A stretch of DNA of 64,000 bases. Source: Cyanophora paradoxa CCMP329. Taxonomy: Eukaryota; Plantae; Glaucophyta. The notes below the pieces were generated by a model. The model saw only the letters and a program-made list of their open reading frames with translations, had not been told where the DNA came from and searched no databases. The translations under genes were made by a program, and so were the position numbers. Where the stretch lies: the NCBI GenBank assembly GCA_004431415.1, contig QPMI01000626.1, forward strand, positions 256,905 through 320,904, given 5' to 3'. Shown piece after piece: positions 34,770 through 46,041 of this stretch (the first letter of the stretch is position 1; every line of letters begins with the position of its first letter).

Positions 34770-37700
34770 CCCCGCGGGGCCCTAGCGGCCTGCCCCCCCT
34801 TTTCTCAGAGTCTCTAGAGCGCGACGAACCGCGTACGCCCCACCCGCTTTCGCGCACCGACAGAACGTCGCAATGTAGGTCTGAAAACTAAAAACGAGGC
34901 CCGCGGTTCGCTTCTTCCATCAATTTGAACACTGTGCGAAAATGGACGCAAAAATGGACACGTCGCATCGATACACCACGGCACATGTATCAATGTTCTA
35001 CTTGACGTGCCCTTCCGACAGGTCAGCTATCCAGCCGATCGCGAAGACGCTAGCTAGGTGCCGGCCTTGCGTCGCTCAGTATGGGAGGTTCGCCTGAGTG
35101 GGGGAGACATGGTTTCCGGTGATAGCCGTAGCCAGTCCCACGCGCCTACCCCTTGATCAACCCCACGTCATCCCTCATTGCAGCTGCTGCATGTGATCGT
35201 GAGCGACGAATTCGAAGGCCCGATGTTGATTATTACTGTATATATATGTAGGCATAATCATGAATCACACCCTGCTTAATTATAAAGTTTGATTATAAGC
35301 TTGCAATTTCAGTTGACGCAAGCACACAACGTGCTGGCAATGCATCGCAGCTGCAGTCGCACGACGTGTAGGCAACTGGATGCATAATTATATAATGCAC
35401 ATGTACAATCGATATCGGCCGCGGGGTCAAAATGGATCCGGAAGGGGACCCGGGAACGTCGACGGAGGAGAAGAGGGAGCCGGGGGGAAGGCCCAGGTCT
35501 AGAGGGATATACGTGGATCTAGATCTAGGGGCAGCCTGGCAGCGCGGCCCGGCAGCGGGGCAGCTCTTCAATTCGGGTCGGCTTGCGGTGCCGAAGCTTA
35601 TAATTATCAAGGTGCATGGGAGACCTGGCCATGGTGACCACAGACCTGGTCATGGTGACCACAATGAACCCTTCTTGAAACGACTGGATCCACTTTATTC
35701 TTGCAATTGACGTCGACCGTGCACCTGATGCTCGAATTACAAGACCGGTACACTTCTTGATATCGAAAACGTCGATAACGTCCGACGGTCGTTGTTCGGA
35801 ACACCAAAACCACGCAATCATCGAATGGTTCTAGATTTAACGATGGCAACGTCCTTGCTGTTTCGCTGAAGAGAATCTATAGATAGGCTTGCAAAAGCTT
35901 TCGTCCTGAAGAATCGGCGACTACAAATTATAAGCCCCGCCAGCATGCACAGCTCTATATATATTGCAAGGGGGGAATTCGAAGGGGGCCCCCTTGCTTC
36001 CCGTTCCCTCGCTTCAGCCAAAAGTTTTCTACGAGGCCGTTTTCGAGGGCCAGTCTGCAACGAAAATGTGGGCCAGTCTGCAACGAAAATGTCTTTTATT
36101 CGCGTTCGGATTGGCTCGGTGGACCGGTCAGCTCTCGACTTTCGAGCGTCGAATTCGAGGGGAAAAAGTGGTTTTCGAGGGGAAAACTAACTTCTCTCTC
36201 TAACTCCGGTCTTCGAATTCCTTGCGCGGTTCTGCATGGAACCAGTTCTCCCTAGCTGTCTCCTCTAGACTTCGGCTTCCTCGCAGTGCGTCGCGTACGC
36301 CTTGCTCTTCGTTGCGCGGTTCTGCATGGAACCACTTCTCTCTACCTGTCAACGTCTCCTCTACTAGGCTAGATTTCCGCCTAGAAACTGCTTGCGTTGC
36401 TGCCTGCGCCGCTGCAGCTGATCGCAGCCGAGCACGCCCGGCCGGCCAGATCTAGACCGTACTCTCTCGCTGCGCTTATATCGAGCTTATATCGAGCTTA
36501 TATTGCAGAACCGCGTGTGCCGGCCGAGCACGCCGGCCGGGCCGGGCGCTCGGCGCTCTTGTTGCGATCGGCACCCGGACAGCAGACTAGCTATATATAG
36601 TTCGTGTGCTGCGCACGACGTGGCGCTTGTCCGCTCATTCGGCACCCCGCGTGCGCCCTGTGTTGCGCCGCGTGCACGTGCGTGCGCCCCCGCCGCTTGC
36701 CACCCGCTGAATCTGGCCTTTCATTCAGGCTTTTCTTTATTCGGTTAGATCGCAGCGTCTGCTTATCAGCCCTTTTCTATTCTTTTCAATCATATATAAT
36801 CTGTGTCTATCTTTACTACTTCAACCTGCCGCGCGCGCTGGGCCGGGGTCGATCTACATCTGCCCCGTGCATGTTCGTGCCACTACTACTCTTTCATTAG
36901 ATCCCGATCCCCCCCTTGCACCCCCGGCGCGCCAAACGCGGCCGGGCCCCTAGTATGCGAACCGTTCGTGCCTCTCTGGTGCGAGCTCGAGGTGGCATTA
37001 AGTTACGGAACTGGGGGGCGGATCGAAGGCCGATGCATGCGCACATCGATCATCGGATATATATCGATATGATATCGCTCTCGAAAATTCGAGCTCGAGT
37101 CTCTATACCGAGCACTCGAGTATAAGTACTTCTGCAATTTACCCCCAAAATGGAAAAGTTGGCGTCGCGCACATGCATGCCAGCTTTCCCGTAATATCGC
37201 TATCATCATCCGTTCGGCGGGTATCTCTCGCAAGAGCTCGCTAGCTTACGGCTGTGGCCAGCGCAAGATATCTTGCATTAAGTACGACTGCATGCGTCGA
37301 CAAAATTGAAACGGCAATTGCGAATGTCTGACCGTCGGACGTCGACGTCGACGTCTACCTCGGACACAGCTTAAAGCTGACACATGATTCTAAGCACAGA
37401 TCTCGGCGTCCACGGCGTAGCATTCGGCCTCGAGCACCTGCATACGATGCGAAGTCCGTGTGCAATGGAGAGCATGATCAGCTCAAATTAAAGTGAACCC
37501 GAACTCGGCAAATTGGGCGGGCATGCAGAGCGCACCGCAGCCTCAGCCTCCAGCTCGGCGTCGAGCTCCGCGGCGTCCATCTCGGCTTCAACAATCTGTT
37601 CGCGATCGTGTGCATATTAGTTCTCAGAGCCTTGTACGCCGTGACGATACTACATTATATCAATTAACTAATCGGCGCAGGCGCGGCCTTAGCGCTAGCG

Positions 37701-39131
37701 GGCAAAGATCCAGCTTTGTCTGATTAAGTTTTGCTGTGATATCGATCACGATGAAGTGCGCACCTGGGCCTCGGCGTCAAGCAAATAACCCATCAGAGAG
37801 TACGTGGGAGATGAATCGATCGGGAACGCATTCGGAAAGTTCGTGCAATCTTGGCCATACGACATTGACTTCCCGCCGGTGGCCTTGCACATCTCACCAG
37901 CCAGTTCAGTCGCGTCGGTGTTGATTTCCCAGAGGACAGTTTGGACCGTCGACGGCGCAGCGCCGCAAGAGCCATAACTGTAACACTTGACCTCTGATTC
38001 GGAGATATATAGTGATCATGAGTGATCAATCTGCGAAGAGATGCAAATTTAAACTGAAAACGACGCACTCCCTCCAACATTGCCCATGTTGTCAGAGTAC
38101 GATCTGCATGCATGCGCATGAGCGAAAACCATCATGGCATTAATATTATAGAGATTGAATGCATAGTTCCATAGTATTAGTATGCATACTACGGTACGTT
38201 AACATAAGGTATGTTACACGTTCCTTGTGAACGTTCAATTAATATTGCAACGCGAACGCATACGTTTAGCGCGCGAAGCGATCTATAGCTAGTGATCGCG
38301 CGTTAGCGGTCGACGTCCTAAGCTTGACGGCGTCCGCGAATATCGATATCTCAGCTTATAATTGCGATACGCCGCGGCGCTAATTATATAAGGGTGTCCG
38401 ACGGTCGTCGGATATCGATGCGCCAAGGATCGGAGCTCACCGTGCGGGTAGAGGCGATCGAGATGAAGAGACCGGCGAGAATCGCGCCGATCAGAGCTAG
38501 ACAGAGGCGAACTTGAAACTGCGGCAAGCTTTAAGAAGCTGTCGCACACTGCGGCAGCAATGAAGATCGCAACGCGAATCGAAACCGTGGCTTTTTTCCT
38601 GCTGGCTCCTGAGAGGCGCCGGCGCCGGCGCGCGCGCGGTGCCGGCGCCTGCGCCTTCGGGGCCCGGGCGGCTCGAAAAAGCTCGAAAAGGCCGCGGCTG
38701 CAGCTGATCATGAAGCCTGAACCGAGGCTGAACCTTAGTCATGAATCAGGCTGCTGTGCCAGCCACTGCCAGGCTGCCAGCTCAGCGGCTGCAGGCTGCA
38801 GGCTGCAGCTGGCAGCCTGCAGGCGTGTCGGCCCACTGTCGGGTAGACGGTAAAAAAAGAGATGTGGAAGAACTCCGCAGCTTTTTTTCGCCTGGCTCCT
38901 GAGAGGTGCTGCCGGCGCCGGCTGGCTCGAAACGGTCGACGGCGCACCGGTTCGTGAAACGTTTCCCTTCAAATGAAATGGAGCTAACCAATAGACTGCA
39001 AGCTTCATCAATTCCTGGGACACTACTCGGAAGCCAATGACTTGGCAATAGGTACCAGCTATAGCTTTGTTTTTGACGTAATATGCTAGGCTATTGGCTC
39101 GCTCTGCTCTGCTCTTTATGCCCCCTGGGCA

Positions 39132-39189
39132 GCCCCCGCAGTGCTGGTGTCTAGAGATCTAGACTGTGGCCGGTAATTCACCAAAAAAA
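39132..39189 (+). mobile_element. Second, more truncated copy of the poly(A) retroposon
   Basis: GCCCCCGCAGTGCTGG...CTGTGGCCGGTAATTCACC-A7 matches 11079-11139, is followed by TATAA, and is absent from the opposite palindrome arm. Confidence 0.75.
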
Positions 39190-41156
39190 TATAACTTATT
39201 ACTGATGACACAAGCGGACTATTCGAAAAAAAATGGTTAATTATAACACGGCCGGCTGAGCTTGCAGTTCTGATTCAGGTCGTTTTCCCCATGCGCGGCG
39301 ACTTGGAATTCGGTAATTAGCTAGGTAATTCGGGGTCTTTCGTCGACGAGGGGAGGGGTACAGTCTTTAAACTAGTCCGGACAGCCCGAGCTAATTAGCC
39401 GGAACTCGAGGAGGTCCGGGGCCGTCCGGCCCGACCTCCTCGAATTCCAAGCTAATTAGATTTTTACCGGTTCGAGGATCGTCCGCAAAAAAAGGTGCGT
39501 GTTCGACCTAATTACCTAATTACCTAATTCCCGACTACGGCAAGTCCTACATGGGGAAAACGAGGTCAGTTCCCCGATTTGTCTCAACGCATATGAGAAC
39601 ACAAGCCTGAAGGTGGCCATGGATCCCGGAGAGCATACCGTAGTAACCGGTATGCCGCTGTTAACGTTGTCACGGCGTGGCAGGGCGTGCGGCGCGAGCC
39701 GCGCGACTCGCGGCGCGCGCGGCGCGCGCGCCGGCGGTACGGTGGCGCGCGGACCCGGACCGTCGGACTACCGTAAAACTTGAAACACATAAACACCGCG
39801 CCCACTTCATTACCGCGGTACCAAAATTACCGCGCCAAAAGTTTGTAAAAACGCGGTAATAATTTATAATTTGGTACCGCGGAAATTACAGCGCTCCGCG
39901 GCAAAGTCTTATTAAATTTTCAAGCTACCAACCCGGCCAAATCCTGGCCATGGGATTCCTAATTATTTTGGGGTCTTAAATAAAACCCGATATAGAAGAA
40001 ATGTACAGCCTGGCAGGCCTAGGCCTAGCCTAATAACTCTATAGGCCGGACTCCGGCGCCATGCCTCAGAATCTGGCTCAGATGCCGCCCATAATAGAGT
40101 CCCATTGCTTGCAAGTCCGCTTGTGTCATAAGTAATAGGTTATAACTTAGTATTGAGCAGAGCGAGCCAATAGCCTAGCATATTACGTCAAAAACAAAGC
40201 TATAGCTGGTACCTATTGCCAAGTCATTGGCTTCCGAGTAGTGTCCCAGGAATTGATGAAGCTTGCAGTCTATTGGTTAGCTCCATTTCATTTGAAGGGA
40301 AACGTTTCACGAACCGGTGCGCCGTCGACCGTTTCGAGCCAGCCGGCGCCGGCAGCACCTCTCAGGAGCCAGGCGAAAAAAAGCTGCGGAGTTCTTCCAC
40401 ATCTCTTTTTTTACCGTCTACCCGACAGTGGGCCGACACGCCTGCAGGCTGCCAGCTGCAGCCTGCAGCCTGCAGCCGCTGAGCTGGCAGCCTGGCAGTG
40501 GCTGGCACAGCAGCCTGATTCATGACTAAGGTTCAGCCTCGGTTCAGGCTTCATGATCAGCTGCAGCCGCGGCCTTTTCGAGCTTTTTCGAGCCGCCCGG
40601 GCCCCGAAGGCGCCGGCGCCGGCACCGCGCGCGCGCCGGCGCCGGCGCCTCTCAGGAGCCAGCAGGAAAAAAGCCACGGTTTCGATTCGCGTTGCGATCT
40701 TCATTGCTGCCGCAGTGTGCGACAGCTTCTTAAAGCTTGCCGCAGTTTCAAGTTCGCCTCTGTCTAGCTCTGATCGGCGCGATTCTCGCCGGTCTCTTCA
40801 TCTCGATCGCCTCTACCCGCACGGTGAGCTCCGATCCTTGGCGCATCGATATCCGACGACCGTCGGACACCCTTATATAATTAGCGCCGCGGCGTATCGC
40901 AATTATAAGCTGAGATATCGATATTCGCGGACGCCGTCAAGCTTAGGACGTCGACCGCTAACGCGCGATCACTAGCTATAGATCGCTTCGCGCGCTAAAC
41001 GTATGCGTTCGCGTTGCAATTGAACGTTCACAAGGAACGTGTAACATACCTTATGTTAACGTACCGTAGTATGCATACTAATACTATGGAACTATGCATT
41101 CAATCTCTATAATATTAATGCCATGATGGTTTTCGCTCATGCGCATGCATGCAGAT

Positions 41157-41868
41157 CGTACTCTGACAACATGGGCAATGTTGGAGGGAGTGCGTCGTTT
41201 TCAGTTTAAATGTGCATCTCTTCGCAGATTGATCACTCATGATCACTATATATCTCCGAATCAGAGGTCAAGTGTTACAGTTATGGCTCTTGCGGCGCTG
41301 CGCCGTCGACGGTCCAAACTGTCCTCTGGGAAGTCAACACCGACGCGACTGAACTGGCTGGTGAGATGTGCAAGGCCACCGGCGGGAAGTCAATGTCGTA
41401 TGGCCAAGATTGCACGAACTTTCCGAATGCGTTCCCGATCGATTCATCTCCCACGTACTCTCTGATGGGTTATTTGCTTGACGCCGAGGCCCAGGTGCGC
41501 ACTTCATCGTGATCGATATCACAGCAAAACTTAATCAGACAAAGCTGGATCTTTGCCCGCTAGCGCTAAGGCCGCGCCTGCGCCGATTAGTTAATTGATA
41601 TAATGTAGTATCGTCACGGCGTACAAGGCTCTGAGAACTAATATGCACACGATCGCGAACAGATTGTTGAAGCCGAGATGGACGCCGCGGAGCTCGACGC
41701 CGAGCTGGAGGCTGAGGCTGCGGTGCGCTCTGCATGCCCGCCCAATTTGCCGAGTTCGGGTTCACTTTAATTTGAGCTGATCATGCTCTCCATTGCACAC
41801 GGACTTCGCATCGTATGCAGGTGCTCGAGGCCGAATGCTACGCCGTGGACGCCGAGATCTGTGCTTAG
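41157..41868 (+). pseudogene. Spliced gene remnant within the palindrome arm (mirror copy on the minus strand at about 37390-38100)
   Basis: Exon-like blocks with host-type borders: 41228-41494 (ESEVKCYSYGSCG...GYLLDAEAQ then GTGCGC), ...EAEMDAAELDAELEAEAA then GTGCGC, and 41821-41868 VLEAECYAVDAEICA*. No complete frame or start codon was found. Confidence 0.45.
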
Positions 41869-42591
41869 AATCATGTGTCAGCTTTAAGCTGTGTCCGAGG
41901 TAGACGTCGACGTCGACGTCCGACGGTCAGACATTCGCAATTGCCGTTTGTCGACGCATGCAGTCGTACTTAATGCAAGATATCTTGCGCTGGCCACAGC
42001 CGTAAGCTAGCGAGCTCTTGCGAGAGATACCCGCCGAACGGATGATGATAGCGATATTACGGGAAAGCTGGCATGCATGTGCGCGACGCCAACGTTTCCC
42101 TTTTGGGGGTAAATTGCAGAAGTACGTATACTCGCGATCGGTCTTGGAATTTGAGCATCAGGTGCACGGGCGATTGCAAGATCAAAGTGGATCCAGTCGT
42201 TTCAAGAAGGGTTCATTGTGGTCACCATGACCAGGTCTGTGGTCACCATGGCCAGGTCTCCCATGCACCTTGATAATTATAAGCTTCGGCACCGCAAGCC
42301 GACCCGAATTGAAGAGCTGCCCCGCTGCCGGGCCGCACTGCCCCTAGATCTAGATCCACGTATATCCCTCTAGACCTGGGCCTTCCCCCCGGCTCCCTCT
42401 TCTCCTCCGTCGACGTTCCCGGGTCCCCTTCCGGATCCATTTTGACCCCGCGGCCTATATCGATTGTACATGTGCATTATGCATCCAGTTGCCTACACGT
42501 CGTGCGACTGCAGCTGCGATGCATTGCCAGAGTCATTGCTGCGATGCATATCGAGTGCATTGATCATGAGTCATTGAGTGCATGTGTACGT

Positions 42592-42922
42592 ATCCGGAGG
42601 AGGTCCGAGCTATATATCGCGTACGCGTGCTCAGCGGGTTGAGGCCAAGGCCGTGGTCCTATAGCTAGCGCCCGGGCGGCCGGCCCTTCAAATTTGGCTG
42701 TCGCTTATATAGATAGTCCGGCTCCCTCTCGAAGACCTACAAGTTTGCATCCTTCCAATTTAATTTGCGCAAGCCTATCACTACATGTACATTATTTAGA
42801 GAAGCCTACAGCTAGCAATAGCATTGGAATTTCGAGTCGAGGAGCTGACCGTTGGAAATCCTGATTATGACTATTTCTGTGTGACTGCAGAGGCCTTTAT
42901 ATAGCTCGGACCTCCTCCGGAT
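42592..42922. mobile_element. MITE-like element with 25-bp perfect terminal inverted repeats
   Basis: ATCCGGAGGAGGTCCGAGCTATATA (42592-42616) and its reverse complement (42898-42922). No clear target-site duplication. Confidence 0.55.
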
Positions 42923-43069
42923 CCGTTCATATTTTGTGCTTTTCGCATAAATATTGTTTCAGATGCTCGAGCTCTTTCGAATTCGAATTCTGAACAAGCA
43001 GGGGGGCAAGCCCCCCCGCACCCCCCCATTTACTAATGAGCATGACCCAGGCCCCCTCCGATTCCGTCG

Positions 43070-43445
43070 TGCGCGGCGCGCCCGGCGGCGCAACATCTCC
43101 CTCCACCAGTCCGTCCTCTCCTGCCTCGCCCGCGCCGAGCGCGCCCAGGGCGCCACCCCCACGTACCCGTACCCCTCCTCCTCCTCTTCCACCCCCTCCT
43201 CACCCGCCCCGTCCGAGGGGGCGGGCGATCGCGAGAGGCCCGCGGGGGCGCCGGTCGGCCGGGCGGCCTCGCCGCGGCCGCGCGGGGCCGGCGGGGCCGG
43301 CGCGGGGCGGCGCCCCTACCCCCCTCGCCCCCGCGACCAGTAGCTATAGCCCGGCGCAGCCCTAGCGGGCTGCCCCCACGTCCTACCCGCCTTCGGCTTT
43401 CGCTTTGTTCGGTTTTCGCGTAGCAATGAAGGTCTGAAAAATGAA
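43070..43445 (+). pseudogene. Direct duplicate of the 3' end of the 27064..34769 gene
   Basis: RRARRRNISLHQSVLSCLARAERAQGATPTYPYPSS...RRPYPPRPRDQ* plus diverged 3' flank; matches about 34495-34890. Confidence 0.85.
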
Positions 43446-43765
43446 ATCGAGCAATGAGGTCCGCGTCGCGCGCGCTCAACGGGTTCAACGTTAACGGTTC
43501 AGCGATCTTCCCTAGTCGTGTAAGTGTTGTACATGTATTCCCTTTATTTCTAGATGCATGCATATGCGCAGCCACCTACGGCTTAAATGCATGAACACCC
43601 GCCTTCGAATTTGAATATTGCTTGAACATCTACAAGTTCGCATATGTACAGGCCTATTATATCACTACATTATTTATAGAAGCTTATAGCTAGCTATACG
43701 GTTGGAATTTAGAGTCGAGGAGCTGCCATCCTGGATGATATCTGTGTGATCATGACTGCATAGTT

Positions 43766-44330
43766 TCAGAGTGCCTTGAATTGAAGCCTCGGAGCTTGAA
43801 CTCCTTCCGTTTGCGAATCAGACCTTCCGGCGTGCCTGCGATCGCGAGGAAGGCATGCGCAGCATGGCCTTGCGCGTGAGCCGACGAATTTCGAGGCATG
43901 GCCGAAAGCATGGGTCCAAGAAAATTGAAGCGCGGACCCTCCTGTTCTGTACGATTGGATCCGCTTTGCCCAGGACTGTGACGCTTTCAAAACCCTTTTC
44001 GTTGCCTGAAACGTCGTTATCCTGTAAGTATAAATTAAAATCAGAATACGATACGAACTCGCGATCGAATTGAATGCAATAATGGTGCGCGCACAGCCAC
44101 AATGCCCTTCGCTGATTCGTAGAAGAGAAAGCCTGTAGATCCGCAGTTGTGTGCGACGTTGTCACGCAAAATCGGATCCGTCATCTCGTCCCGCACTTGA
44201 AAGCATCCATAACCGATTACGCTTGGGTCAACGTTTGCCACGTTGCAGCCCTCCACAATTGCTCGGCTCCCGCTCCTAATGAAAACTAAGCATGACTTCG
44301 GAACGTTGTTGCGGATGGTGAGGCTCGCAT
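43766..44330 (-). pseudogene. 3' part of a host right-handed parallel beta-helix protein gene, cut off by the viral insertion
   Basis: ASLTIRNNVPKSCLVFIRSGSRAIVEGCNV...TDPILRDNVAHNCGSTGFLFYESAKGIVA, an intron GTGCGC..TTACAG, then DNDVSGNEKGFESVTVLGKADPIVQNRR. These look like PbH1-type repeats. Host-like coding sequence stops at about 44330. Confidence 0.65.
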
Positions 44331-44705
44331 GGGGGTGAGCCCCACCAATTGTGCGACCTTCCCGCGACCATTTTCAATAAGCACATTTTCAGCATCACGA
44401 ATCTCAGTCACAAAATCACAAATTCGCACTGAGCCACACTGTATTTTTCAAACATCTAACCCCTCCTTACTGAAACCAATCACAAAAACCTACATATAAT
44501 CTTTTCTCTAATTCCTTACCATTCCCAGTAAGCCCTTAAACCCTCCCTCGATTTCTCAGTAAGGACAGTAAGACCCCTATTTTTACGAAATGTTCCCGAT
44601 CGTTTCCGGACTGTTTTCAGTTAGCCAAATTGAAAAATCAAGGTGAGCCCCACCAATTAAACAAGTGATCCCCACTTAAAGACTTCCCGATAATATACTG
44701 TAACA

Positions 44706-45029
44706 ATGGCAAGCGATCAAGTAACTCTACCTGAGAGTAAGCAATGCAATGTATGCAACAAGGTAAAACCGGCATCGAGTTATACATTGCAAAAGGGTAG
44801 CTCAGGAAGTATACTTTTGAATTGGAGATGCAAAGTCTGCGAACGTGACTATCGCAATTACCTTTATCATTTCGTGTTAAAAACGCGTCCGAAGATCGAA
44901 GTACAATCGAAGATATGCTCGCACTGCAAGATTGAGAAGCCTGCAAGCGAGTATAATAAAAAACAAAGCACAAAGGATGGTCTCTACTATCAATGCCGAG
45001 AATGTTATAGTAAAACTCGTAAGAGTTAA
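44706..45029 (+). CDS. Small protein with two Cys4 zinc-finger modules
   Basis: KQCNVCNKVK...CKVC and KICSHCKIEKPASEY...DGLYYQCREC. Confidence 0.8.
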   Translation: MASDQVTLPESKQCNVCNKVKPASSYTLQKGSSGSILLNWRCKVCERDYRNYLYHFVLKTRPKIEVQSKICSHCKIEKPASEYNKKQSTKDGLYYQCRECYSKTRKS

Positions 45030-45269
45030 AACCGAATTTCATTTTATATTTTTTAAAGCGAGTTTGTGCATGAGCAAGCATGCCGAAAATGCCCACCTGC
45101 ACAAACTTGCGCACCCCATCGACAAAGTACGATGATCGACGAAGTACGACGATAGACCACGTTAAAATAAACTCGCGCCCCGCCCACTATGCAAGATACA
45201 TGCGAACAACATGCATGATCTATGAAAAATGATAAAATGAACAGGGTAAAAATATCGACTTAAATAATA

Positions 45270-45662
45270 ATGGATTCCCGATACCGCGGCTACCACGTCA
45301 TGCTTGACTATATAACCGACCCGTTCACCGAGTCCCCGGAGGCATGCGCCGAGTGGATCACAGCGAACCTGTCGCAATATATAACAGATCGCCAGATGCG
45401 CATCGTGCACCAGCACACCTGCATTTTCGATGGCTCTAATTCCCCTCCCGGTTTCGCGATTGGCTTTCTATTAGATGAGTCGCATGCCACAGCTCACTCT
45501 TATAGCGACCAGGGGCTATTAGCGATCGATATCTTTACATGCGGCTCAAATGCCGAAGCGAAGACAATGGGTATAGCACAGGACATTAACGATCTCATAC
45601 AGGAAAGGCTGAAAGTTCGAAAGTGGGACTTACAGGTCGAGCAAAGGTTCCCAATTTCATAA
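45270..45662 (+). CDS. speD: Prokaryotic-type S-adenosylmethionine decarboxylase proenzyme
   Basis: GYHVMLDY, self-cleavage motif LLDESH, HSY and IDIFTCG in a 130-aa protein. Confidence 0.9.
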   Translation: MDSRYRGYHVMLDYITDPFTESPEACAEWITANLSQYITDRQMRIVHQHTCIFDGSNSPPGFAIGFLLDESHATAHSYSDQGLLAIDIFTCGSNAEAKTMGIAQDINDLIQERLKVRKWDLQVEQRFPIS

Positions 45663-45687
45663 AAAATGAAAAAAGCGACATATACAT

Positions 45688-46002
45688 TTAATGTTCCTTG
45701 ATCGGAAACTTGCCCATTAGTGGGTGATCGAGACCCATAACATACCAGGATTTCATAACGGGATCCCAGCGGGCTTTCTCAGCCTTCGCTTGATCCTTAA
45801 ATTCATAAGGAATATCGAGGTAAAGCTTCACGTTTCTTTGATACACTTGCTCATAGCTTAGAGTTTTGAACTGAGAGCATAGGGGGTGATCTTTCTTCAT
45901 GACATACCAGCATGAATTCTCACGATCCCACTTTCCACCGAGGGATTTCGCAACGTCTTTTTTATCAAACGGAATATCAACATAATACTTTTCACCCTCC
46001 AT
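45688..46002 (-). CDS. Tandem DUF5710-domain protein
   Basis: Two repeats: YVDIPFDKKDVAKSLGGKWD...WYV and YLDIPYEFKDQAKAEKARWDP..KSWYV. Confidence 0.85.
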   Translation of the reverse strand: MEGEKYYVDIPFDKKDVAKSLGGKWDRENSCWYVMKKDHPLCSQFKTLSYEQVYQRNVKLYLDIPYEFKDQAKAEKARWDPVMKSWYVMGLDHPLMGKFPIKEH

Positions 46003-46015
46003 CTCTTTTATATTT

Positions 46016-46035
46016 ACCGGAGAAAATAATTTCGG
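46016..46035 (-). promoter_or_regulatory. Candidate viral promoter motif (TATTTTCTCCGGT on the coding strand)
   Basis: Identical 20-mer at 46016 and 51776, with cores at 52344 and 52908; each lies 8-31 nt upstream of a minus-strand ATG. Confidence 0.65.
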
Positions 46036-46041
46036 GGTTTG

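Larger units (their letters stand above)
35334..42530. repeat. Large inverted duplication: arms 35334-39220 and 40114-42530, spacer about 0.9 kb
   Basis: Mirror-image ORFs (e.g. 38782..39048- vs 40216..40482+; 37493..37723+ vs 41535..41765-). The left arm has an extra ~1.37 kb (about 35748-37116) and a short retroposon fragment. Confidence 0.95.

Noticed and set aside
137-43575. Hundreds of Arg/Pro/Gly/Ala-rich ORFs in the supplied track
   Set aside because: They are by-products of high GC and read through introns or lie antisense to spliced genes.
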